Position numbers and translations under genes: made by a program
NCBI RefSeq assembly: GCF_964204645.1
Contig: NC_134026.1
Location: 10,129,950-10,193,949, forward strand
Direction of reading: 5' to 3'
From: Tubulanus polymorphus
Taxonomy: Eukaryota; Animalia; Nemertea
Length of the DNA stretch: 64,000 nucleotides
Shown here: positions 1 through 11,293 of the stretch, piece by piece
Layout of the letters: each line of letters begins with the position of its first letter
Position numbering within the stretch: position 1 is the first letter of the stretch
Notes under the pieces: generated by a model
The model's input: the letters and a program-made list of their open reading frames with translations, nothing else
Databases searched by the model: none
What the model was told of the DNA's origin: nothing

Positions 1-81
1 ATTAGTACTGATATGTCTCCTTTGTCCTATATAGCACACCTAGATTGAGTTTACTCTATACTATGTTGTTTATGTTCCAGA

Positions 82-1975
82 TTGAGTCGTCAAAGGCAGC
101 GCCTTTCTACAAATGATGTAGTTCAGAACATTCTCAACAGTGATGATGACGATGACGGTGATATACCGTCTGGAAGTGAAGACGAACGGTTAGAAAGTGG
201 CTCTTCAGCTGATGAAAGATATGATAGTGATGAAGACCCTGCATATAGTGAGGATGAAAATTCTGAAGGTTCTGTCGATGGCGATGAAAGCAAAGAGACA
301 GACGATGATAACACTGATGATGTGCCGACTCAACCCGCTAAACATGCTAGGCATGCGGCAACTTCAAACAAGTAAGTTTGAGCTTTACATGGGGCCTAAT
401 TACAGCTAAATTTATTTTATTCTAGCCAGGGGGTATAACCTAAACTTTGACTTGTGTCTTTCAGACCGAAGAGAAAAGTTTTGAAGTGGACGCATGCCGA
501 TATAAAAGATTCAGGTGACCTACCAGAAAATGAATTATTGCCTAGGGGTGAGATAAAAAAAACTGCGAATCAGAAATTGACTATTTCTTATTGATGTTTG
601 GCCAGGAGGCTATAGAACTGATAACACTGGAAACTAACCGATTTAGGTTACAACAAAAAAAGGACAAAACACCAGTAATTAGTGAACAGGAGATGCGTAT
701 AGTTCTTGGAATCGTTATTTACACGTCAGTTGTTCATTTGCCTGGTCGAAGAGATTACTGGTCACAAGATATTCAACAAGAACTTGTAAAAAATGCCATG
801 TCGGTTAATCGTTTTGAACAAATACTTGCAGTTTTCCATGTTAGCAACAATGATTTAGAGGTGAAACATGGTCAACCCGGTTATGACAGGCTCCATAAAG
901 TCAGGCCACTGCTGAAAATAATCCAAACAAATTTTGATAAAAATGCTGAGCCTGAAAGGTTCATGTCTGTAGATGAGCAAATTGTTCCATTCAAGGGACA
1001 CCATAGTCTCAAAGTCTATATGGAAAAAAAGCCAAAAAAATGGGGCTATAAAATAAGGGGACTAGCCGGTCAATCCAGCTATATGCACAAATTTTACATA
1101 CAGGGTGATCCCTGATTTAGAACCAGGCATAGGTAAGAGTGATGAAGTTGTTTTGAATTTGGTACATCTCCTTCGTCAAGGCACTCACATTTTCTTTGAC
1201 AACTATTTTGCATCCCCAGAACTACTCCTAGAGCTAAAACGTCGAGGCTATCATGCGACCTGTACGATGCGTAAAAATAGGCGTGCTAAATGTCCCTTAA
1301 AGAGTGAAAAGGAATTAAAAAACAGGGCGGGGGTTCCTTTGACTACCAATCAGCCTAAGGAATCGTTATAACAGCCTGGTTTGACAATAAGGTTGTTACA
1401 GTTGGTTCAAACTTGTGTTCAGTCACGCCAACCCAGTATGTACGTCGGTATAATGCCAAAGAAAAAATAAACATGTAGAAATTGAGTGCCCAAGTATTAT
1501 AAAAACCTATAACCAAAACATGGGCGGTGTTGACCGTTGTGACATGTTATTGTCTTTTTATCGGATTAGAATGAACAGCAAGAAGTGGTACAAACGCATT
1601 ATCTTCCACTTATTAGATATGAGTTGTGTAAATGCCTGGACTATTGGCAGAAAAAATGGAAGTATTCAAACCAAGAGTAACAAGTTATACAGATTCAAAC
1701 TTGCCATTGCCCACTGCCTAATTTTGGGTGTTCCCAATCCTGAACCTGTGCTGAGAATCGAATCTGAAAAGGATGTACACAGGGCAAAGTTTGTGCCTGA
1801 CCACATACGCCTTGATGGTCATGGGCATTTGCCAAAATGGTTAGCTGAGGTCCCTAAACGCTGCAAAAACCCTACTTGTAATCGATGTACCAGATTCTTC
1901 TGTATGAAATGCAACGTATATTTGTGCATCGACAAACACAGCGATTGCTTTTATGACTTCCATGTAACTAACTAA
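82..1975 (+). pseudogene. piggyBac (PGBD3-like) transposase, frameshifted
   Basis: Acidic N-terminus, then ORF pieces with piggyBac motifs SVDEQIVPFKG, KPKKWGYK, IFFDNYFAS, YNQNMGGVDRCD and KWYKRIIFHLLD, plus a C-terminal Cys-rich finger (CKNPTC..C..C..LC..CF..FH). Split by frameshifts; the left end lies outside the window. Confidence 0.92.
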
Positions 1976-2836
1976 AAATGACAGTGTAGATGTAATATCA
2001 AGTATATTTTGTATATAATTGATGAACCATTATGTAAAATCTAGTTCTTGAAGCATTTTATAATAAAAGAAATAGTGTTCTGTCAGAAGTCATTTTGTTA
2101 TATTTTAGTTCTTCGTTTTCATACTGGTCACAATTGTGAGTGGACCAAAAATGCCAAAATTTATTAAATTTGAAAATTTCAAAAAGATGATCACTCTTAT
2201 GGGTCCCTAAGTAGTTTATATTCCCAATTGCAAGTGAATATCTATAGATTAAGGCCTTCATGCAACAAAGGGATATATTTGGAAAAAAATATTTTTCACA
2301 AAATGAAAAATATTTGAATAGAATTCATATGATATCAATTTCATTATGAAAATCACCAATTAGAGGATGGCTAAATATTGAAAGTATGTAGATCGCTTTG
2401 AATCCTAGATTTTACCATTAAAATATTCTGACCTCGATTTATAATTTTCTGTTTAGTATTTTCAGGTCACAAGAAATTACAATGTATTACAAATTCTATC
2501 AAACAGAAAACCCAGCGCTCATCTTTAGTGTAATTTCATGTCAAACGTGCATGCGCCATCAAGCAGCGTTACAGTATCACTATATAGTAGCGTTTCGTGT
2601 GTGTTTGCGTAACAGTCTAATGAATAGCACTCGCGCACACATGGATGCCTTATGCGTAAGTGAATGTTTGCTTACACTTCAATGCCAATAAAACAATCAA
2701 CAGGAATTAAAATGAAACAATACCTATGGCGAATATGTGAAATAATTATATTCTCACCAGCAATGAGCATTTGGAATTCGCATGTGTACGGCACCTAGTC
2801 CAATGAGGCACCAAGTCCAAATCCGTGCTAGGTCAT

Positions 2837-3010
2837 TTACATCCAGAGTACAAAGTTAACAAAGGTAACAAACTCATGCTTGAGACTAACCAAGGATGGC
2901 ATCTGATCATAGGATCGCCAACACAGGATATGCGAAGGCCTTGAAGATACGTATGTTCTAAGTAGGTCTCGGAGGAAGTGGTGGGAGGAGAATTGACGAG
3001 GCTTTACTAG
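2837..3010 (-). pseudogene. possible LINE (L2/CR1 group) ORF2 C-terminal fragment
   Basis: Minus-strand translation FLRDLLRTYVSSRP..RSYDQ..LV resembles the YL.DLL..Y.PSR.LRS motif at the end of L2/CR1 ORF2. Short and degenerate. Confidence 0.3.
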
Positions 3011-5729
3011 CGTGACGGCGGTCCTGGTGTGTATCTCAATAAGGGCTAATGGAATGCACCTCCCTGACACCTAATGAGACCTCCATGGGAATCTGGACCC
3101 TAAGCCAGCACGCTCCAGTAGGGAGGAGCGTAGGGCGAGCAAAAGTGCTCCCACCTCCTAGCCAGTCGGGGAGACTGTTAAAAAGCGGCCGCAGGGCTAC
3201 GGATTATACGTAATTCATATTTTCTATGAATTATGTATAATTCATAGAAATGATTTATCTAATAATTCATATGACTACGATTAGTACCAGCCAAAAATTG
3301 TTTCCACTGGCATTGAAACAAACGCCGCTTGCCACAGCCATTCAATGTTTGGACTTAACTGGCGGGAAAATATGTAAAAAATATGACTGACGAGTAACAG
3401 CGCTGTGTTAGAGCTATGTCGCTACACTGCTGAAGTACACATCATATTGCTGCACTACTACTCAATCTTACGGACTATGTTGGAAAAACAGCCCGGCGTG
3501 TACTGAACTACCAAGACGGCGGAAAAGAAGAGACGGAAAAACGACCATCATGTATAAATGAAGCAGTTTGAAGTTGACGAGATCTACTCGCAAAAATGCA
3601 GTCAGTCGATCCACGCCCTCTAAATCAACTGATAACGGATTAACAGATATCTGTGAAATGTCAAATGTATGTGGGAAACTGTACTTATTTTTTAGTACAA
3701 TGATTACTTTTTGATGGATTAAAGACATACTTCACCAGTTATTGTGTCAATTACAAGTACAACTTGTCCCCCTGAGTTGAATTAGAAAATTTATATTCCA
3801 CAATGATAGACAATACAGAGGACCAGTCAGTTACCAAAACATGGATTTCCCATAGACACATGAGAATGACAGCTTCAATGGCCAAAGTGGCTGGTCTTCT
3901 GCTGTCTTGAAAAATAAATTTAAAAATCGTGAAAAATAAACGTGCAGACAGTTGAGAAATGTCAGTGTGACGACCTCTTGCATTGCTGCTCAAAACCCGT
4001 TGCGGTAAGGTCAGAAGACACTGTCCGTTGGCTACCACGTAAAATAGTGACTTACGTCGGCAATATCTGATGTCTTCTGAAGATGACCCGGTGGAAAATA
4101 ATAAACAGCAAGAGCAGATTCAAAGTGACGATGAAGGTATTTATTCAGCCTAGTCACGCAACAACCACGCGTATTGTACGATACAACTTTGGAACTTTAT
4201 TGAATTTGGAAATCTTATATGTTATGTTTAACATAAGGATCAATAAAGAATTGAATCGAATTGAAATTGGTATGTCAATCAAACATTTCCATTGGCTACA
4301 GGGGGAAATACGATATTAAACAGCATTTTGTCTTAGTCAAAAGCATAAAAACTGCCACTACTAAAACTACCAGTAACAAGACAATGACAAGTTTCTTAAT
4401 TTCTGGCTTTCGTGGGGCATTTACTTATTATCCTTGAAAAATAAAGGTTCTTATTTTTAGACATTTAAGTTCTTGAAAATACAGGAAAATCATCAGAATT
4501 TTGGGGGGTTGGCACCTCTGAATATACATGGTAGTTGGTTCTCCACAATGACTCAATTAGACACTCTCCAGGTGTGTGGTGTGAACCTGGATGCTAAACA
4601 ATTCCATTTATTACATACACTGTGTATGAAGTTTCAGGGGCGGATCTAGGATTTTCCATGGGGGAGTGTCCAATGAGAAAAAGGGGCATTTTCTACGAAA
4701 CACCACGTACTCCGGAGACTTCTACACCATTTTAGCGTTGTTTTCATTTCCCTGAATACATAAAACTCGGAATGGAATCATAAAACCTGGAATCTTAAGT
4801 TAAAACCCGGAATCGTAAAATAAAACCCGGAATCGCACGCACCTGTGGATATAATTAATGCTCCCCTGAAATTCTCGAGATTGCGGACTCCAGCTCATGC
4901 GAAGTCCCGGCCCGGTGACAAAAAAAATTTAATACATCTGACACGATACAATTTTACGAAATAGTATAGCGCACGTTTTGTGGATCGTTTTTTATACTTT
5001 TTTACACGTTGATTCTCAAAAATTGCATAATTTCGTATATGTAAGTATGTCTTTACACCTGATAATATATAAATCATATGATCATGGTCTCAGGTCTACC
5101 CGCCCGTTAATAAAAAAATGGGCTAATCAATGGTTGATCAATAATGATTCATATTCAATCAATGTTGATTGATATTGATTGTTGATTTAACAAATAAGGA
5201 CGAAAGGTACCGGTACTTTATAAGACAAGTTTATGAATATAAATGAATGTTTGGTAGAATTTATGAAGAATTGAATGAGGCATGGTGATCATACGGTACC
5301 TGGTCTGGGATGACAGGTGGGGTACCGATTTAACTCGTTTCATGCTATGACTTATATATAGGCCTATGAGTAGTTACAACCAACCACCCGATGCAAAAAC
5401 AGCCCTACCATACCCTTTTTGAGTATCATAATGGGCTGTTAAGGACCATATCTGAATACAGAGATGGTAGAACCTAGATAGGCCTACAAGACGCGGTAGC
5501 GGGATGCTATATCACTGAAAATTTTCTAAGTCCTGTGAATCATCATTTTTTTCCTTAAATAGAAAAATAAATTCGACGCAAAAAGCTTTATTTTTATAGA
5601 TTCAAATTCAAACTACGTTTTCTTACTCCAAAGAACTTTTTTTCAGGCCTAGGCCTACCAGTATTTTTGCTATGTTGTGCTCTATGATACAATTAAATCA
5701 TAATATATTATTTCTTTCAGAAATTCAGG

Positions 5730-8700
5730 ATGATGGAGTCTCCGATACCATTATTCAACTATAACAGCTCTAGCTGTTACCTAAATTCGATTGTGCAGTG
5801 CCTACGGGGCTTAACTGAATTTCGAAACAAGATTACCCAACATACTTTTGTGAATGAGTGTAAGTTATAAAACGTGAACCTAACCCTCCTTGGAGCTTGA
5901 TAACCAGTTTAGGCCCCATAAAAAGACATACTTAACTATAAACCATACAGATCTATTTCTTTGTTGCAGGTTTTAAAGATACGTGTTATAGGTGCATGCT
6001 TGGAAATGCCTTTGAGGGCAATAATGATGAGTTGTTTATTCATATAGAAGGTAATTTAAACTTAATATGCAACAAGTTTAGCTCTATCACAAATTAAAAT
6101 GGCCCCTGTTTGCAAAAATAAAAATCCAATGTGCCACATTTCATAAGCTTAAATTTTTGCCTGTATTAGTGTGTGAACACTTCCGGTCATATGTTTCAGA
6201 TATTATCCCAGATGGTGACCAATTCCATCAACAAGACGCTGAGGAGTTTTTTCAGGGACTAATGAAAAAACTGAAAGAAGAGGATCCGTAAGTTTGATGA
6301 GGTTTTATGGATTCAGTTTTTACATTGAAAAATCACTACACCTACATTATTTCTGGTCCAGATAAGGGAATGTGTATAAACGAGGCAAGCCCTTTCTTAC
6401 CTATGCTTTGCTATTACCACACTAACCTACCTGTTCCTAAAAATTAAATTTTCTGAAATAAACTGAATAAACTGTTTTTTCCCATTTTAGACTGAATATC
6501 TTGTGGCTCTATTAATTGATTCAGAAATGCATGTATAATCTTTAATGCCTATTGCAGGTCATTATTTGAAATGTTCCTAACCAACTGGCGACAAATCAGT
6601 AAGTTTTAAATGTAATATAACATGACTTCATCACAATACTGGAAGAATGTTTTAACAATTCATTTTTTGTAACTTAACATTGATCATGGATTATTTCTAG
6701 CATCCTGTGATCAGTGTGGGGAGAAGTCTGTAATACATGACGGCTCGAATATAGTTTCTCTGCCTTGCTTGGTGAGTTTTCATATTAAAATACAAGTATT
6801 TTGTTTTTCTTTTATATGTTTTTATTATACAGTTGGCCTACATAAATATGACCTAAGCATGACCCTATGAAATTCCTAACAGTCATAGGTCATATCTTTT
6901 ATCCATTGGTTTGGGTTTGATAAATGATAGTTGTTGGTCTTTTCGGCTAGCCCATGGAAGTAGAAAGAAATTACTGACTACCCTAACATAATATACACAA
7001 ACATGATTTTGCATTTTTTAAAGGATTATACAAATGGCACTTCTATTACTGATGTGCCTCAGGCACTGAAACTGTTTGGAGCGAAGGAGAGGTTGAATTT
7101 CAATTGTTGCCAGTAAGTTGAACAGAACCTCCATGTAGATTAAAGATCAATTGGAGTAAGTCCCCAAAAATCCCTCGCTTTTGATGAAGTTATTCCTATG
7201 TTCAATTAATTTCAGGTGTGATTCCAAGACAGCAGTTCAAAGCAGACAGTTTATTGGAGGCGAGAAATATTTAGTCCTACATTTAAAGAGGTAACTGAAG
7301 TTCTATATCTTTTCTATATCTTTAGGACAAAAAAAACTACATGAATGTTCAAATGAAAAGTACATATCATGCACTGACATCCTGGATTTTGATGTGCTTG
7401 CCTACACAAGTTAGGTGGAAAATCATACGAAATATTATATTTTTAGGAAACTGAGGAGATAGTATGTATTCTTATTCTTGCTTTCACTTTGTGTGTGGTC
7501 ACCAACTTAAATGTTGTATATAGTGGTTTATTATATACCGTATATATTATAGTACTCCTTTCTGGAAGAGTAATTGATCAATGAAATGAATTGTGTTACC
7601 TACACTGTGGCTAACTTTGCTTAATGGTTATGAACTGATTTACAGTAGTTTTCTGATGAGGAGTGAGTGCTGCTTATAGGCTAATATGATTGAAATAATT
7701 GTAACAGGGGAATATATTTTGTGTTTTATGTAATGTAATCATTATCATTTAATAATAATATTTTATATGTTTTGCACTTAGTGGCTTAATGTAATCCGCA
7801 CCTATCTACAAAATGATTTTGTAGCGCTTCCATAACTGGCTGGTGTTCATCATAATATGATAACTTTTACATGAAAATACAACTGAAAATCATATATACA
7901 TAAACATAATATATACATAAATATACATAAACATATACATAATAGATGTATATTAATTATATGGTATTCTATCGTATTATTTTCTGCTTGCTATGCTTTA
8001 TGATTATATTATTAATATGCCAAACAGCTCCCCGGTCCCGGAGTTCACCAATGAGAAATCATAATTTTGTGATGCTGCAAAATGTAACTAAACCACTAGT
8101 GTATACGTGCACAGATAATATGTGGACGATGTATCTAGATGAAGCTCTATTAATTTATGGGACTTACATTGGAACTAGCTTCATTTTAAATGTGCATCAA
8201 TTATTTTATCATATTACTATTTACTTTCAGGTACACATTTGATGTCTCTTCAAGATCGCCTATTAGGTTAGGACATAGTATCTACCCTCCAGTTGGCTTA
8301 GAAGCTAGAATCGGGGAAAGTTTAGTAAGTTTCTGTACACTCATACTCAATTTTCTAGAAACACATATGCCCGTTTAAACTAAATAACTGTGCTGTGCCC
8401 CCGGTCATGGAATTAGGGTTGAAAATGTCATGAAGACCATGAACCCAGAAAGCCGGATCATTCCCATTGCACATACAGCATTTTATAAATAAAGAAAAAA
8501 ATTTCAGAAGAGATATAAATTGAAGAGTGTCGCACTCCATGACGGTCAATCAACAAAGTCTGGCCATTATCGAACAGTGGTGGAATATAATGGCCGCTGG
8601 TTCACAGCTGATGATGAACAGGTATTTATCCATATCTTTCAACATTCATCTTTCCAACATTTACCACAGTTAATATTCTAGTATTCAACCACATTTTGAA

Positions 8701-9063
8701 TTGTAATGAAAGAAACTTAAAGTTGAGTAACTTTCAATCGGCTCAGCACCACTGATGACAATACTACTAGTGTATACACCCACAATGTAGATTCAAAAAA
8801 CAGTAACTATTGTTTTTATTCTGGCGTTTGAAGTAATAACTTAATTTTGTTCCCACTGTCTGGATATAGAAAATAACCAACAACATATACCTCGAGGATT
8901 CTAATCCAATTACTCGCTTGACAGGATCAGTATGGGTTAAACGTTCGGTCATTGTGCGCATCAATAATTTTGCGAGATTATACTATTTTAGGTGGATTTG
9001 GTTGATATGAGAAAAATGGACATCTCGAAAGAATCATTCCTTCTTTTTTATGTAGTGCATAAT
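5730..9063 (+). CDS. multi-exon ubiquitin-specific protease (USP, peptidase C19) domain
   Basis: GT-AG exons 5730-5859, 5970-6050, 6200-6287, 6558-6598, 6701-6771, 7024-7112, 7216-7290, 8231-8324, ~8479/8511-8621 and 8992-9063. They give the Cys box NSSSCYLNSIVQCL, QQDAEEFF, the finger Zn sites CDQC and CCQC, LVLHLKRY, the His box YKLKSVALHDGQSTKSGHY, WFTADDEQV and FLLFY. Intron phases match at every junction except the acceptor near 8479-8511. Confidence 0.9.
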
Positions 9064-9254
9064 GTAAGTGTACCAAGTTTCGTAGTTAGTTAACTAATAA
9101 ACAGCGTTGATATTTAGTTCTGTCTGTTTATTACCGATGTTGTCTTGAAAGAAGCGTTTTCAGCCACGTAGAACCTGTTTCAATTCATTAGCTCACTTTT
9201 GTTGATTTAAAAAGTGTTAGCCAATCGCTTAATAAAGTCGTTTAATTTTAACAG

Positions 9255-10948
9255 GATAGTGATCCATCTGGTATAGAATATACCAAGGTTCGGGCTCAAG
9301 AGTCTACATATCTGGTCAGTAATAACTCCGACGATCAAGCTCCAGATGTCTCTGGTATCAACGTGGAGTCCGAAGATTTGGACATAAACATCAGAAAACG
9401 AAATGTGAGTTTCTATTAATGGTTCATTCTGTTAATAAACGGTTATAGATCAAATGAAAATTGTAGATATGTAGTAGGCCAGTCCTAAAGGACCCCCTAT
9501 GTCACCTTATGGTCTGATTTAGGTGCAGTCAACTATGGCTCCTCACCGAAATCTGATGATGATTAAAGCAAAGGAGTCACTAAATTAGCTGGCTGACTAC
9601 ACCTATGATAGAACGCTGTAGAAGACAATTTTTATCTGATTGTAGTAATATAATATGCTAAACTAAATTCATTTCAGTATTCATCATTACAAGATAAGAG
9701 AAAAATCTATAATAAAAAGCAGAAAACAGGAAAAGGGAACAAGTAAGTATTTGAATCAGGTACAGATCTAGCCTGAAGTAGTTACGGTAGTACATATGTT
9801 TATTTATCAATGTTACTAGATCAATTTGAAAGGCACCCATGAAAGCCAACAGCTTGTTGCAAGAGTCACTTTGAACACCCACACAATCAAAACATTCGCA
9901 CTCAACAATCTCATTACAATCAAATACAGTAGAGTCCAGCAAACTCAATTATTGTGCAAACTTGAATAGATTCGTAAAACATTTAAACATATAATTATTA
10001 TTCTACCATAAAATCAGCTAACTCGAATGAAAACCGTATGTACAAATTGATTCAAGTTAAGCTGAATCTTCTGTAGTTACATTGAAAAAGTAAAATTTTG
10101 CATTATGAAAAATTTAAATTATTTCAGTGGAGGTCGATTTAGATGCAAGATGTGCAGCTTTGTGTGTGCCACTCGCCAGGAAATGACAGATCATCAGGTG
10201 ACCCACTTAGACTATTACATGGAAGAACTGCCGGGGAAAGGTAAGATTTTGAAGTATGCGTCAATTCATCTGTCTTTCCGACAGTACGATATTTTCAGCA
10301 TGCCATCATTGGTATGTACATGTTTCTTCCAGAGACACTACAAATTTATATTTATATTTATTTATATTTGAGCTGTCAATATCTATAATACCAGTACCGT
10401 ACATCTCTTTTTGTTGTTTCGCAGTGATGTTCAAGCTTCAGAATTGTCTCGTGAACTCAGAGAAAATTCTGTCTCAACAAAATGCACTGATATGGTAAGA
10501 TTATCGGACTCATCCAAGCGTGACACCATAATTATATCTGACTCTGATGATGGCAACTCGATTTCAGGGTAGGTGTATGTGTATTAACGTGACTGTTTTC
10601 TGTTTATTGGTGAAACCATATATATTTCCCCAAAAAAATTGGCTGTGGTAACAGTGGCTGTAACCAGTGAACAATACAGTATAATTATGCATTATTTTAA
10701 CCAATAATCTTGCCGAAATCATGATAGTCATGCAGTATGTTGTATTATTTATTCCATCCAGGTTGAGTTCAGTCAATCTGTTACCCAATTATAACTCTTT
10801 GATTCCACACATTTTTATTGCCTTCCTCAAATCTTTGACACCTAGTACTTAATGTAACACTTTTTTTTCAAGATGTTCACCAGTTATTCATGTCATATCA
10901 GATGTTGAACAAGATTCAAATGAAGATGACAGTAGTGCAAACGACCAG
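9255..10948 (+). CDS. linker exons with a C2H2 zinc finger and acidic SIM-like motifs joining the USP domain to the transposase
   Basis: Exons 9255-9404, 9678-9742, 10128-10240 (FRCKMCSFVCATRQEMTDHQVTH), a putative 13-nt micro-exon 10299-10311, 10425-10568 (TIIISDSDD) and 10873-10948 (VIHVISDVEQD). Phases run 0/0/2/1/2/2/0 into the transposase exon if the micro-exon is used. Confidence 0.65.
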
Positions 10949-11293
10949 GTATGTTTCGTTTCTGAATCGTTATGACTTATTTCTACTGAACTCAAATATT
11001 TTTCCTTCACTAGGCTGAATATATTCAATCAATTCCCTACTAGTCCTTCAATTCCAAATGCTATGAATTTTCTATGGAACCTCCAATTAGAGGGCTGTTT
11101 TTCTCATTTGCCCTGTCGTTGGGACTGTTATATCTTCAAATTGATATGAATTTGCTATGAATGTTCTCTAGGGGCAACCCCTGTGGGTGGGACTTATTTC
11201 TTCACATTGATATGGATCAAGGCCATCTAACAAGCAGCGGAGCTATATCACGCGATAGACTGCTTGTTGTTTTATAAATTTTTTTCTTTTCAG

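Noticed and set aside
5730-9063. USP exons as an ordinary host gene beside a transposon
   Set aside because: They lie inside the TIR pair and the 9-bp TSD, co-oriented with the transposase, so they moved with the element.
9523-9970. Additional candidate exons in the USP-transposase linker
   Set aside because: Frames after the acceptors at ~9522 and ~9819 reach stops without good donors, whereas 9678-9742 joins its neighbours in phase.
11264-11293. ORF-track start of the 843-aa protein
   Set aside because: The start is a non-ATG codon in a polypyrimidine tract; the real exon begins after the AG at 11293.
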